Origin: Convolutriloba macropyga
Lineage: Eukaryota
Assembly (NCBI RefSeq): GCF_964194025.1
Contig: NC_134476.1
Span: 4,836,001 to 4,900,000 of the forward strand
Length of the DNA stretch: 64,000 bases
Reading direction: 5' to 3'
Part shown: piece by piece, positions 1-13,661 of the stretch
How positions within the stretch are numbered: position 1 is the stretch's first letter
How the letters are laid out: each line of letters starts with the position of its first letter
Notes under the pieces: generated by a model
Seen by the model: the letters and a program-made list of their open reading frames with translations, nothing else
What the model was told of the DNA's origin: nothing
The model's database searches: none
Translations under genes and position numbers: made by a program

Positions 1-25
1 TGACAATTTTGGGGGTCTTCGGCTC

Positions 26-145
26 AATTTTCGGGCTGCCAAACTTATTTGTCAAGTAACGTCGGTATGCATACGATGCACTGTTTCAATTTTTGGGCTG
101 CCAAACTTATTTGTCAAGTAACGTCGGTATGCATACGATGCACTG
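26..145. repeat. Two-copy tandem repeat, period 62 bp
   Basis: GGGCTGCCAAACTTATTTGTCAAGTAACGTCGGTATGCATACGATGCACTG starts at 33 and again at 95. Confidence 0.85.
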
Positions 146-1720
146 GAACTTGATTTCAAATTGAGTTGTTTTTGTATTTTCGTCAAGGACAATCCGACAT
201 CTCTTAGCGTAACAACTTGGCCGACAGTGAGAAAACAAAGCAGTTTAACCATGATTTCAGTTTAAACAGAGAAAGTTAGAAGGAAACTTTTCACCCCCTA
301 GCTCAATTCATGTTTATCAAGCACGAATCATGGTTTAAAAGCAGAAATCATAACCATACTATATTGGGAACCATAGTATATTTGCAATTTTGATTACAAT
401 CACTAAAATTCACATTAACCATTTCACAACGTCTATCACAAGTTTTCAAGGCCATTCAAGGCTTTATTGATCTTATAATTTGTGTATGACACATCAGTTT
501 GTTCAAAACTTGCTTCAAAATTAGAATTAAGACTTGGCCGAGTCTTATGAAAAACTTTTTTTGTGTAAAACAAGACTTGACCAGAGTGCAGTCGTTTTTC
601 AGTGCCGATATTAAATACGCGTTTAGACATTCCCAGTACTGATCAGTACTGATACAGACGAGCTTCATAAGTCCAAAAAGCATGTTGGAGTGATTTAGAA
701 GCTTAAAGTCTAGTAAGTTTTGAGTAATTTTACAACAACCGGAATCAATAATGGAGTTAATATTTCCTCAAACTGAGACTTTCTTAGCTGTCGTAGTTAA
801 TTGTAGATTTTCATTTTGATTCTTTTTCAAACCACAATGTCAGTTATAGGCCTTCCCACGCATACATCCTGCTGTTTTTACGTCTTATACAAATTACTGT
901 TTTATAAATTATCGTTTTTTTGTATCCGTACTTTCTGAAGTGGATAAGTTGAGTGAGTGTGCTATTTTTAAGATAATTTTGGTACCCTGTTGCACTTTGA
1001 AATCTTTTTCGCAGCGAATCAGATTTCCTTGATATACTGTAATTGAGCACTCAAATTGCATTTCAATGTTTTTTTTTCAGTTTTGTTTCGCTTTTCCAGC
1101 CGATCGTATGTCAACAAACGCGTCATGATTTTTTGTACTGTAATAGGTTTAACAAAAGCAATAATTGTTATCAATTTATGCTGTAATTGCCAAACAAATG
1201 AAACAAAAGTGACGAAAATACTTTCAGCAAACATTTTACGAAAAAGATAATTATAACCAAAAGATTAAACATAATTGAAGCAAAAAAAATTTAATACAAA
1301 TTATACAAGAATCCATTAACATTACTTGAAACGTGAAATCAAATAATAAAAATTAATTAAAATGATAAATTTGTTGTTTTCTCCTAAAAATAAAAATGTT
1401 TAAGTTATTAATAGAAGTTCCTAAAAAGATTTAGGAACAATGCGTTATAATTTGGCCGTTTTCTGCGCCTTTTTTGCATAATTTCAACTCATTGAACGTT
1501 TATTTATGTACGAAACTTAAACTATAGTCAACAAATTTCTTTAACTAACAACTTTTATAACCTTTGAACAAGGATTGAAAAAACTAATCGCGTGCGTTTT
1601 ATAAAGTCTAGATTATAGTAGTACAACTACTGACATTTGACATTTGAGGACATTAAGGACAATGAACAAAAAATTGAAAAACTTTTGAAGAAATGTCAGC
1701 TAAAACGAAGAAAAACGTAC

Positions 1721-1898
1721 TGTAAGTCTGACACTCGTCGTTTAAACACGTTTTCCACAAACCCAGTGAAAAGTTATAAGAATTATCTCCATTAGTTATA
1801 ACTCCAGTATAACCAGAACACCCATTAGCTCCCAATGACCACAGAAAACTATTGAGCATAAACGAAAAACCAAAAGCAACAATCGAACTTTTTTGCAT
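1721..1898 (-). CDS. Claudin/PMP22-like gene A, exon 1 (no intact downstream exons seen in window)
   Basis: ATG at 1898; MQKSSIVAFGFSFMLNSFLWSLGANGCSGYTG...FSLGLWKTCLNDECQTY, then a phase-1 GTACGT donor at 1720. Same motif and intron position as the other family members. Confidence 0.8.
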
Positions 1899-4252
1899 AA
1901 TTTTGAGGTCAAACTTTAACAACTTAATATTAATCAAATGACAAATTTCAAAATGTGATGTAATTATTATTTTCAATGACATAGTTATTAAGTTCTCATG
2001 TTTTCAGCAATATTTGTTTGACGTTAAAGTTTTAGTAAACAAACAAATATTAACTTGAGCATTTAGCCTTTTTAAGTTAAAGATCAAAAGTTTTGTAACC
2101 AAAAGTTTCTCAGTTAATTCTTATAAATTCTCCTAGTTAGCGCAAAAAAATCTAATGAACTGTCTTTGATAAATAAAAATCAGTTACCGAAATCACAAAA
2201 AAATCGCATTTCATTAACTGATAGATAAAAATTAATTTCGAGCCGAGTCCTAATTTGAAATCGCATTGTCGTTAGCCCAGTAAATATACGAGTATTAATG
2301 AGCAAAAACCTCAATACATGGGATAGAGCATTATAAATATAATTTCAGTTAGGTTGGCTTCTCAAATTTCGAGCAATATAGCGAAACTTGTTTCGAACGA
2401 AATATCCGTACGTAAAAAGACACTGAAAAGCATTTTGATACGCAATTGAATTCGTACCTGAACACATTGGTTAGATATCGTTTTTAAAAAACATGTTCAG
2501 CAATTTTATAAAAACTTCAACAAATGGTTGCGCACGCAAAAAATAAACAGTAGATTGCCGCTTGGAAAATTGAATTGCCCCTGAACAAACTTTCAGGGGC
2601 ACTTAAAAAGTTTATAAAAAAGAGGTTTCTGGTTTTATTGGGTACAATTACTCAAGGACTTCTAACTTTTGCCTGATTAAATTTCAGAAGTTTGTTTTGA
2701 TCTCTGATGTAATTTTGCAATAACGGTGCAACAGTATTACTCAAATAAACGTTTTTTTTCTTACTACTAATTTAAACTAAGAAAACAATGTGAAAATTTT
2801 ACAGTAAATTCAGAACAAAGTACTTTTACTCTGAAACACTGATTTCTCGAATTTTAAACAGACATTCATTTTTTGCTGCATTTAGTTTTGGTGGGAAATT
2901 ATACAGCAGTTTTTGGTGAAAATACACGCGTTGAGCATCTTACCCTGAAAATATATGTCTAATTTTAACATTGATCATATGTTTAAAAAAGTGATTCGTG
3001 AGACCAGCTTATTATCAACTGGAAAAAATAATGAAAGCAGTCTGTTTTGTGACTTGCGATGCAAATCAAATCAGTGCTATTCGTAAACAATCGTTTTCTG
3101 GATTTCTCTCGTTTTTTTGCGAAACACCAAAAATGTTGTAGAATATTAAAAACTGTAAAAAAAGGTTATTTGTTTTTTGGCTTACCTAGGACCCGCTCGG
3201 ATGGTGATGAAAGATTAAAATGGTTTGAAAAATGTTTTAGGCATTCAAAAGATGATATTTCGATTCATAGTCGGATTAATTCTGCTTCATAGTACAGAAT
3301 TTTTTTAAAAAAATTGCATTTTGATTTTAACTAAAAGATATTAAAATACACTTTTAATCCTAGGCTTGATGTTTCTTTTGCCATTTTATACAGCAATTCC
3401 GTCAGTTACTTTTTTCAAACGCTCTCTTTGATGATGTGTCGTAAACAGATTGAAATATGGTTAGACTTTAATGATAATTTAGACGTAATTTAATTTTCAT
3501 TTTAAACCTAGTCCAGCAACTTTGCACTGTCCTGATTGTCAAATTATAGTTGCGTGTTCTTCTGCTCATTCTGTCGGATCCAATGTGTATTAAGTTGCAC
3601 AGTTTTTAACAATTTGGCACTATTTCACACAAATGCGCGCAATTTTGAATCTAATAATTTCTTGTCAGAGCATTTGATTATAGACATTTTTTGTCTGGAT
3701 TATTGACCTGATCTTAGTTACACAAAATTGAATCGTCGCATTTTGTTATTAGAGTCACAAAACTTCACAATCTGATTAATTGCCAATTTTTTGTCTGGAT
3801 CGTCTAGTAATTCCCAATTTCTGTCGTAGTTGTCTAACCCGATTCATATTTACACCATTTAACCATCAATGGCAATTAAATGAATAAAATAACGTAACTA
3901 AACTTCTCCGAAATTAAATTTCAGATAATTTGCTCTTTTTAGCAAAATTTTTTAAGAGAGTGAGAGCAGTTTTTATCTTGCGCTTAAACACTAAACATTT
4001 AATTTGCAATCCCCTTTTGGTTTATCGAAATAAAAAAATTTTAAAATAGAAATTGTGATTCTTGATTTTTCTTGTTTTTCTTGCCAAAAGCCTAAGAACT
4101 TAGGATTTGGTGAAATTTCATGTTAGAGCCCTCAAAACTGGTGAAAGTTGATTGTAAATTACCGCAGCATGTAACTAAGTACATCAAATTGTCAAATACA
4201 ATACTATACTGGCCAATAATTTAAATAAAAACTTAATACAAAATCTTAACTG

Positions 4253-7200
4253 TCAGTATTTGATTTTGACAAGCAGTGCAATGTAAGTTGAAACCATAGC
4301 AGGAACCACTCCGACCCACGGTAAAATCAAACTCCAACCGATTGATGAGTCTGTGTTCTCGGGAACTAGGTCTTTGAGCGCTAATGTCAGACATAAATTA
4401 GCAATAACAAGGAATATGCCTAAAAAAGAAAATTTAATTATCTATTGATTTTTTCTCAAACTTTTAATGGTTAGAAATAACTATGTTGTCTTTTAACATT
4501 GTAACACATTGTAATTCTTATAACTAATCTTCATCTTTATGATAATATTCTTTAATTCATCAGCGTACGCTAGACAAGATTGAATGTTTATCTTGTAAGA
4601 TCTTGCATGATAGTAGTAATACGACGCAGAGGTATACCCCAATACTTCCGCCTTAGTAAACATTGCGCGAATAACAGATACTTGAAATGAAACAAATTAG
4701 GAGACCAGCTTTGTATCTTATTTTTCGCAAAAGGTGTTACGTCACTTTTGCGAATTTAAGACACTTTGAAAATAGTATGCTAGGTGATAGCTGACAATTT
4801 AAAATAGGTGACAAACCTTGTATCACGTTTCCGCTCATTTTCGGTATCTATTTTTTGGATCAAAAAGCATCTCTAATTAAACGCGCGCTTTTTGAGCCTA
4901 ATTAAACGCGCGCTTTTTGTAGCATGCATAAGTGATTTAATACTTTGTAATAAGCCCTTTAATAAAGTTTTTCTTGAGGCTTTTTTTCTTTTAAAGTATA
5001 AAGTTTTTCTTTTAAAGCTTTAAGGTGATTTAAAGACAAATATTAATTACAAACAGCTTTAAATACGAAGTAAATTAAATTTATGTTGAGTGGCAACAAA
5101 TATTATGCTGTACGTCCCAGCGCCACAATAACTGATTTTTTTTTCTGAAAAAATCCTTGCTCAAAAAAAGTTTTGCGCGATGCTAATTTGGGACTGGCCG
5201 AATCTATTTTCACTGGCCGAATCTATTTTGTGGCACATATGGTGTACGTCCCAGCGCCCTTGTATGTGTATGTGGGGATGTGTTTGCTTACACGGATGTT
5301 CGCGTGTACGTGTCTCCATTTGCGTGCGTTTGTTCGCTTTAATTTACCAGTTATCAATTAATAGTTTTAGTAACCACTTTTTCATGCTCAAAATCGCGTA
5401 TTGACTTAGGCCTAATTGCGGATTATAGTGCGAAATCGAGTTATGTTGCGTGCGAAAAAGAGATACATTAATCTAGCACATTCGTGATACATAGCGCGCA
5501 AAAAATAGGTTAAATAGCTTGTATCTCAATTTCGCTGTCAAAATTTGGACAATTTTGCGAAGAAGGTTTGCGCAATTCTCTTCAATTTGGCCTGTTTTTG
5601 CTAAAATAGCTTTTTTTTTCGCAATATTGTTGCATTTTCAATGTATTAACATAGATAAAACGAACAAGAGATACGCAGATTGTGCAGATTTGCCCTTGAC
5701 GTTTTGGGTATACCTCTGCGGCGTAATGAGTGAGAAATTGTTTCCATCAGACAGTCAGACAGTTTTGCCTCATTTTTTCCAGTAAACCTGTGAAAAAATT
5801 TGATTAATTTACTGGGGTGCAAAGCATTTCATTAGCTTTGCAATGTAACCTGACAGGATGACTGTTTACAATTTAACTTTTTTTTCGATAACTATCAAGC
5901 ACGTGTAAGATATTTTGGTTTCCTTTTTTGATTCATTGGTTTCCAAAAGTTTGAATTACATAGATTTTGAGTTTTCAGCTTGTTTTTGATAAAATCTCAA
6001 AGTGTTTCGATTAAAACAACATAATTTCTTTATTTACTACATACTCTACAAGCATGATTTATTTTATATATCATTTCAGGAATTAATGTGTTTTTTCTTA
6101 AATGATGATAATTAGTTATAATAATACCCTGAATCGCAGAGCATGTAATTGAGAGTACAAGAGGTCTGTTTCCTTGAACCGAAGCCAGCATGTACCCCGT
6201 GAAAGCTGCGGCTGCAAATGGACAGAGAGCCATGTAGAAAACTCTCGCTGATTTCATCTTCATCACGAAACTTCGTTCCAGATTGTCAAAATCTAAAGCA
6301 AACAAGACCAATTTTTAGCTTCAATTGTTCATTTCTCGAAAATAGTAAACAGTAACAATTTTTTCCCTATACATGGCTACAAAGTTTTGTTTTTGGCACG
6401 TATTGGAAAAAACAAGCGAAAAAATACAAGCCCAAAGAAATAAAAGTGGAAAATATTTCGGAAAAAAAGATCTGAAAAAAAGATAGGAAAAATTTAGGGA
6501 AGTCTCAGTAAGATCTTTTTCGTCCAAGCTCTGACGATAAGCATTGGGTTATGGTAGTATAAAACCTAATTTCGTGAAAAATATGATCATGCTAGTTTTG
6601 CATGTGCTACCTTTTTGCTACCAATGGTTTCATGCAGTTATTTCAAACTCTGCTCAGTTGTGCAGACGAAAGCATTTTATCCAACTTATAACTGAAGTCT
6701 CAAACAATAATTTGGTATTAATTGTTTTTATCTATTACTGTCTGTAAAAGTAATTCATTGAATCTTTTTTTATTATCTCCTTTTCTAAAAAGAAAAGATA
6801 ACAGATTCAACTAATAGTTTTTTCTTGCCTGACTTTTTTGAGACCTTATCTATATTCGTCGATTTTTACACTTCATGTCGCCTTAAAAAATCTCTATTGT
6901 TAACGACGCTTTTTATTTACACACATTGGCTTTTATTTCAATTTTAAAGGAATGTGTAAATATAAATTTTAATGTGTAAAATGTTAAAGAATATTTTAAA
7001 TGTTAAAGAATATCTTAAATGTTAAAAAAAATTTTAAAGAATTAAATCAGAATAATTTTGCAGTTTGCAATTTTTAAATTGAAAATACTGAAAACTGAAA
7101 ATACTGAAAAAATTGTGAATAAACTAGCATTCTGAAGATGCATTTTAAATCTAGACATTTGTCTTTAATTTGCTAGCTTAGTGACGATAGATGTTTCTCC

Positions 7201-8402
7201 TTTTTCACTACACGAGGTTTTGTTTCGATCCTTTGAAAGTAATTTTAGGCGGTAATTCAAGACGCGACATCATAATAGATGATACTTTAATTGAGTAGGG
7301 AGATACAGCAGTGCAATGATGAGAGCTTAAATACTGTTTTTGCTGATGACAAATAATCTCAGCAGGTTTTCAGCAAAAAAATGTTTTTTTTTTAGATGGG
7401 AACATGATGCAGCAGTGTAAGCTGCACTTTATTAAATGATTTGTAACTTTAAAAAATGGAATTTATCATCAAGTTTTCATGAGAACTCAATATTATTTTG
7501 GCTAATGATACTAGAATTATAGACAAAAAAATAAATGCATTTGAGAGTGGTCAGAAAAAAGCGTCCATTGAGTTCAATTTTTTTTTCACCTTCTATATGA
7601 AAAGTAGACAAACTTCAGTGCAACGTTTTTCTTATTTGACTCTAGGCATTGCAAACAACCGATTGAGTCCAAATATTTTGGTATAAAATTTAATGAATAT
7701 TATAGATTCAAACAGCCAAATCCGTTAGGAGATGAATATTGGCTAAATTTTCTCGACTAGGAGAAAAAAGTTCAAAAGTTTCCGGTAAAAATCAATCAAT
7801 TTTTAAATGTGATTGTACAATTTATGGTGGCGCCACAACAACTGATTGTCCAAACTACAAAATTAAATACTTATTGTATTGTTGGTACAATTTGTTGTGA
7901 AAATATTTTTTTCAGTGCAATTTAAGATATTAAATCTAAAATAGGCATCAAATTTTCAGCTTTGTTTTTATCAGATTTTGCTCGGAAGATTTATTGATTG
8001 CTCTTTGTTTGATTGACAGTTAAAAGAACCTGCCTACAGAAGAAAGCAACCTTCATCATCAAGGCTTTTTCGCATGACAATCACTTAGTTCTCAGCTAAT
8101 GAGACATAATTGTTTGTCAAACGAAGTTTTTCAGTTTTTAAGTTTTTCCGTTTCTAAGTTTTTTACTGGCAGAAAAACATTAAGAATCACTGTTTGATAT
8201 GGTTTGGCATAAAATCAAATTTGAAATTCTGTTTTGACTGTTTCTGCAGTTGTATATCCGTCAAAATCTGAACTGATAAATGGATTGCACAGCCCAGAAT
8301 TTGAGACAGAAAGAATAGATCCGAAAAATGAACACCCGAGCGCCGCATTTCAGCTCATTATTGACAAAACTTCGTTGTTTATTGTACGTTTCATTGAAAG
8401 AC

Positions 8403-8458
<56 letters not shown>

Positions 8459-8827
8459 TAGATAGAAGTGAAGTTTTCATAAGCTATGTTTTTTTAGCTC
8501 AACTTTGTCATGGAAATGTGTTTTTCAGTGACCTTTACTCTGTTAAGTATTTTAGAAAACGTTGACTTTCAGAGACACAAAATCACGATAGCATTGATAA
8601 GCAGGCCTAAATCAGTCTGGATTTTGATGACGTCATATCTTACCATATTTGTAACATTTCTCATTCTCGCAGTATTTCCACAACCCATAGGAGTATTCGA
8701 CAAGGAGAAATGGCTCGCTGATAAAACCAGTGTATCCAGACTTCCCATTAGCCAAAAGTGCCCACAATAAACTGGACAGAACAAGACCCCCTCCTATTGA
8801 AATTAACAATCGACGTTTTTCCATCAT
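4253..8827 (-). CDS. Claudin/PMP22-like gene B, 171 aa; exons 8827-8644, 6292-6128, 4419-4253
   Basis: GT-AG phase-1 introns; 184+165+167=516 nt open frame. TM1, YSYGLWKYC-x4-C loop, TM2, TM3, IGWS before TM4, ends VKIKY-stop. Confidence 0.9.
4621..5724. mobile_element. Non-autonomous TIR DNA transposon in intron 2 of gene B
   Basis: ACGACGCAGAGGTATACCCCAA at 4621 is an inverted match to TTGGGTATACCTCTGCGGCGT ending at 5724. Short TSD readable as AAT or TA. No ORF; internal GTACGTCCCAGCGCC repeats. Mirror copy begins near 63084. Confidence 0.6.
8406..8456. repeat. (TA)n microsatellite
   Basis: Direct TA dinucleotide run in gene B intron 1. Confidence 0.95.
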
Positions 8828-9414
8828 TTTGACGATTTTTGATATTTATTTATGACTAAAATTCTATAGTTAGTTATTTCAAATCGTTTATGACTACAAT
8901 TGCGACTTTAATAACTAAAGTGTACATCAATTTAAAGAGTTATATTTATTTAAACTTTGAAGTGAACTCGCCTGATTAACTTTTGTTGGTTAGTGGTGTT
9001 TGTTGAAGTCAATTTAATGCGTTGGCTCTTTTTAACTTTCCGTAAACTTTTCATAATTAGTTCATTTTGGTTCTGTTATAACTAGTAAAATGTCATGGAA
9101 TCAATGCCCGTTTTGAATTTTACAACTTGTTGGTTGTTAAATAATTGGCAAAATAACAAAGCTTATCGTATTTTGAAATAACTTAGCAGATCAGTGAACT
9201 GTAATTTGATATAAAAACAAATTAATTTTTCGAAGAATTTAAGCAATCGAACAATCAGGTCTATTTCATATCGTTGTTTTCTGTTATTATTCATTATGCG
9301 CCTCTGCGTGATAGTAAAAATTGAGAAATTTAGAAACTAGTACTATGGTCTCAAATACGACAAAAATCATTCACAAAATTAAATTTGGATGTTAATGCTA
9401 TATATAAAACAACA

Positions 9415-9545
9415 TATTCTTGCAAGATCTTGCAAGATTAATATGGTTTGCAAGAACCTCGCAATCGTGCGAGATTAACATCATCTTAAAGCAGACAGCA
9501 ATTTTGCAAGATCTTGTCATATTAACATCCCAATTCGGCCAGGGC
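9415..9545. repeat. Dispersed CTTGCAAG-rich repeat fragment (MITE-like)
   Basis: Iterated palindromic TCTTGCAAGA motifs ending in CGGCCAGGG; related patches near 28960-29045, 31130-31235, 51440-51545, 55900-56000 and 58400-58520. Confidence 0.5.
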
Positions 9546-11354
9546 TGCGATATTAACGATCACTATTTTTCTTACAAAACACGGTACAGATTTTCAATGA
9601 AAGAGAAAGCAAACGTATTCCAGGTAAATAAGAGATTACGAAATAACAGCAATTTATACAAATTTGTTTAAGAAAAAAGACCATTGAGCTCCTTGCACCG
9701 TGACAGTTTTGTACCATGTCAGTTTTGACGTTTGCCCAATGAGTTCAAGAGAAGAACCAAGAATTTGAATATTAAGTATGAACAGACGAAATTCGAGAAT
9801 AGTTATCTCTGAGGCCAGGTGTGAATTTCAGAGGAGCACAGAGCAAATTTTAGTGAATCACCGCAACATTATCACACAAAACTTTATAGTATGATTGAGA
9901 TAATTTAAGAACTTCACAGAAAAAAACTAGGAGTATTGCTGCAATTTTAAGAGTATCGCAGAGATATCTTCTGAATATCACTAAGCATCTTTGAGAGCAT
10001 CACAGAAAAATCTTCACAACAAATTTTAATCAACTCTCGTTGCGATAACAGCAGTATTGTAACTTACTGTTGAAAGAAACATGATAAGCCCCATTTAATA
10101 AAATTTGCTTCATCATCAGGCGACGAGTTTAGCATACTATTTTATCACCACTGTTACTAGTAGTAGTATGTGAGCAGAGCTGGGGGGGGGGGGGGTAAAA
10201 GGACGTACCTATGTATAAAGATTACCTATAGCTTATTTTCATCAATTTTCCAAAGACGTACCTAAAATAGAGAGTGAGAACAATAGAACTGTCATCTTAT
10301 CGTAATTACCCAGGGGTAATTATCTTAATTACCCCAGGGAAATGCATCCGCTCTAATGCACTTCAGCTAATCTTATCTACTTAATAAAATATATCTGCAG
10401 AATTTTTTCTTTCATTCACTTCATTTACGCATAACTTTTTCAATTATCCAAGTTTTAGTTTTTGATTATTAATGAAGTTTTGGTTCGAATAATTTCAATA
10501 TATTGAAAATTTTTCACAAAATCTTCTGTAAAATCTATTTTTGAAAATTTCATTTTTTAACTTTTTTTTACTCCTGATGATATGAAAGTATGCAAGACTT
10601 TTTGGCAGTTTCTTTTCGTAGTTTCTGGTTTATTTCTCAGTAGTTTCAGTTTCGCAAACCCGAAACCATGAACAAATTTTTTCAGATAATGATGTTCAAA
10701 TAATCGATTAAAATTTTTTAACTCAGATTTCGTTGAAAAATACTAAAGCACAGAAAACCATCACTGAAAATTTTTTTGTTTTTTCACAGTTTCAGATTCT
10801 GAAACCTCAAACTAAAAATTTTTTTGGTCGAAAATGTATACTACAGTACAACTTTAGAGGGTATTTTTCGAAGTGGAATTCAATGGCGGTAATTTCACGG
10901 TCAATTGTAGATTATGGGTTTGGGTTTTATGTAGTTTTAGTTTCTCAAACATCAAACTACAAAAAATTTTCTTCGAGAATGGTAACTTATATCATCACTC
11001 TATATGTTGTTTTTAAACAATGCATTTGATAGTGATTTATTTGACCCTAAGAAGTTACAATTTTTGGGTTTTTGCGAAGTTTCAGCTTCTGAAACCTGAA
11101 ACCTCGAACTATTTTTTTTGGAATTTTGTGTTACAGTACATCTTTATAGCGTAATTTCTAACGCAGAATTTAATGGATACAATTTAAAAGTCGTAAAAAG
11201 AGGACAAGTTTTCATTTTTCGAAGTTTTGGATTCTGCAACCTGAAACCTGAATTTTTTTTTGGATTTGTGTGTTACAGTACATCTTTATATTGTAATTTT
11301 TCAGGCCGAATGCAGAGGGCATAATTTATAAGTCATTGCTAAAGTAAAAGTTCT

Positions 11355-11870
11355 TGGAAAAAATACCCAATTATTGCCAAAAATTACCCAATTATTGCCG
11401 AAAAAACCCAAATATTGGCAAAAAAATCCCAAATTCTTGAAAAAAAACAAACACTCAACCAATGTGAAAAATTCCCAACTATTGCCAACAGAGCCCAGGT
11501 CTTGGTGAAAAACACCCAATTCTTGACCCAAAATATCCAATTATTGTCAAAAAACTCAAATGTTACCAAAAAATATCAAACTGTTGTAAAAAAAAACAAT
11601 TCTAGCCCAAGATTATCTGTTTCTAGTAATGAATTACACAATTCATAGCAAAAATACACATTTATTACCACAATCTACTAAACTTTTGCCAAATATACCT
11701 AATTCCTGCGACAAGGAACGCAGTTCTAGTAAAAATATCCCAATACTTGCCACACCGAGACACAAGTGTCGCCAAAAATACCCATTTTTACCACAAAATA
11801 GCAAAATCTTGTCAAAAAATACCCAAATTGTAACCAAAATAACAAAATTGTATCAAATATTTATCTAAAA
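11355..11870. repeat. Degenerate ~21-bp minisatellite in left arm of element
   Basis: Iterated AAAAATACCCAATTATTGCCA-like units; mirrored at ~21620-22135. Confidence 0.75.
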
Positions 11871-12088
11871 TATATCAAAAATTAGACAATCTTGCCATCA
11901 TCCGTTTTTCTCTAATTTCTTATCAACAATCCAAGTATTTAGTGACCTTAAAACATCAACTTTTGAGATCATCTTTTGTAAAGACGAATCTTCTCAGGTG
12001 ATCGATATAGGTTTAATGAGTACAAATTTGTCACGAATTTATTGCTATTGTACAGAATTAATCGTTAAAAGTTCAGTCATAGTAATTT

Positions 12089-12376
12089 AACAATTACGTA
12101 CTACTATCTTCTCAATTAAGAACAATTACGTGATCATTTTGTGTAAGAGGGCCACTCACCTCTTTGGAACAAAATTTACTCCAGCTACGTCATATGATTG
12201 CTTCAATTAGGGATACCTATGTATTGTATGGGGTCACTGAACTCATGTGAACATAAAATAATCCTTACTACTTACGATATTATTCCTATTTTATCAAAGC
12301 ATGCACAGCTCACGTGCTTGAAGTCTTACTCATAGTATTGTAACAATTACGTCACTATTGCGTCATAATGATGTCA
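12089..12376 (+). promoter_or_regulatory. Putative promoter with clustered ATF/CRE-like sites and an E-box
   Basis: AACAATTACGT three times (12089, 12121, 12342), TACGTCA 12186, CACGTG 12311 and TGCGTCA 12359, directly upstream of the cargo gene; mirrored in the right arm. Confidence 0.35.
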
Positions 12377-12552
12377 TTTTTTTATTGTAGTGCACAAACA
12401 AAAATTCAACTCATTGCGCTTATTTTCGTTCTGTTCAACAACTTAGCTATAATTAGACTTTTTCATTTTTTTCGGAGACAAGTTTAATCTCCTTTTCCTA
12501 CAAACCTAAGTTTTCAGTTATAAACCTTTCAGTGGAGATTCTTCATCTCTAG

Positions 12553-13661
12553 GACATCTTCCTATTTCCCATTCCAGGTAAGTCACCTCTGTCATAGAAT
12601 ACGAAAACAGACCAAAAAAGAATAATAAGGGGCTATTATAATCATCGTACTCATTCGCAAATAGCATATTATTTTTTCAGAGAGAAAGTTTTTTTCAATA
12701 TCTGTATTTTCAATTTATTTAGGACTTCAACCGTCGTCACCTAAAAAAGGCTGGAATAATGAATATCAAATCTGTGAAATTGAACGAAAATCTTAAGGCC
12801 CACTTCTTCTTCCCCGATTTCAATGATGATGTAGCAATTATAAAGGAGAGGAAGACGTGCTTCGGCTGGGTAGCTGAACCTCCATTCTGCATTCCGAGGC
12901 AGCTTCTGGTCTTCATTATTGCAATCGAGAATTTGCCAGAAGTTTCTGTTCCATACCAACAGAAAACTGTAGACTTCTACGAGAACCACATCGAAAACAA
13001 AACTTTACAAGTCTCAGACAACATGGAACTGAGAAGATCAGTTATTGCACAATTTTGTGATTATGAGTTGTTCTATAGACCAATGTATGAAAATCAATTA
13101 GGATTTTATGAGGAGGAGAGGGAACTTAAATTTCTCTGGTGTGTGTCTGACGAGTATGACCATTTGCAGGAGCAGAAACCTGATCGGGATTGTGACGAGT
13201 GGGAAAATGGGTCATTGACAGGGAGTATTATCGCAATTATAGAAGAAGAGAACGCACTTGATCCCAAGTTAGACAACAAAAAATCTGACCAGGCAGTCCC
13301 TTTTGCGTAATTTTCTACAGACACTGGACAAGATGCAATGAAAGAAGTACAGGGAGCATCGAGTGTTGAAAATACTTCAATCAAGTCTGCCAGAACCATC
13401 CTTAGTACTGTACTCAATGATTATACAGATTACCAAGATCATATTTTATCTAATGAAGCAAGTGAAAAAATATCTGAAAAAACTTCCCTTAAATCTGAGC
13501 AACCAGCATCTTGTACACAAACGACTGTCAAGAGAAGGGCTCCTGCTGTCAATAACCCTGAAAGAGTGGGAAGTAAAAATTTAGATGGTGATGAAAACAA
13601 AGACAACTTGTGTCCTCCATCGTGCAAATTGAGACAAGCTGCTGAGTTGTATAGTACCTAA
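12553..13661 (+). pseudogene. Spliced cargo gene of unknown function (~300+ codons, one in-frame TAA)
   Basis: ORFs 12759-13310 and 13338-13661 are in the same frame, separated by one TAA. The frame is open back to a TTTAG acceptor at 12722. A 25-nt exon 12553-12577 (AG...CAG/GTAAGT) splices in frame. Confidence 0.6.

Noticed and set aside
4253-4270. C-terminal KIKY/KIKL as a di-lysine ER-retrieval signal
   Set aside because: Lysines are at -4 and -2, not the required -3 with -4 or -5.
11355-11870. Short repeats as a CRISPR array
   Set aside because: Units are degenerate and contiguous with no unique spacers, there are no cas genes, and the context is eukaryotic.
13106-13627. Antisense and alternate-frame ORFs over the cargo gene
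   Set aside because: Shadows of the plus-strand frame.
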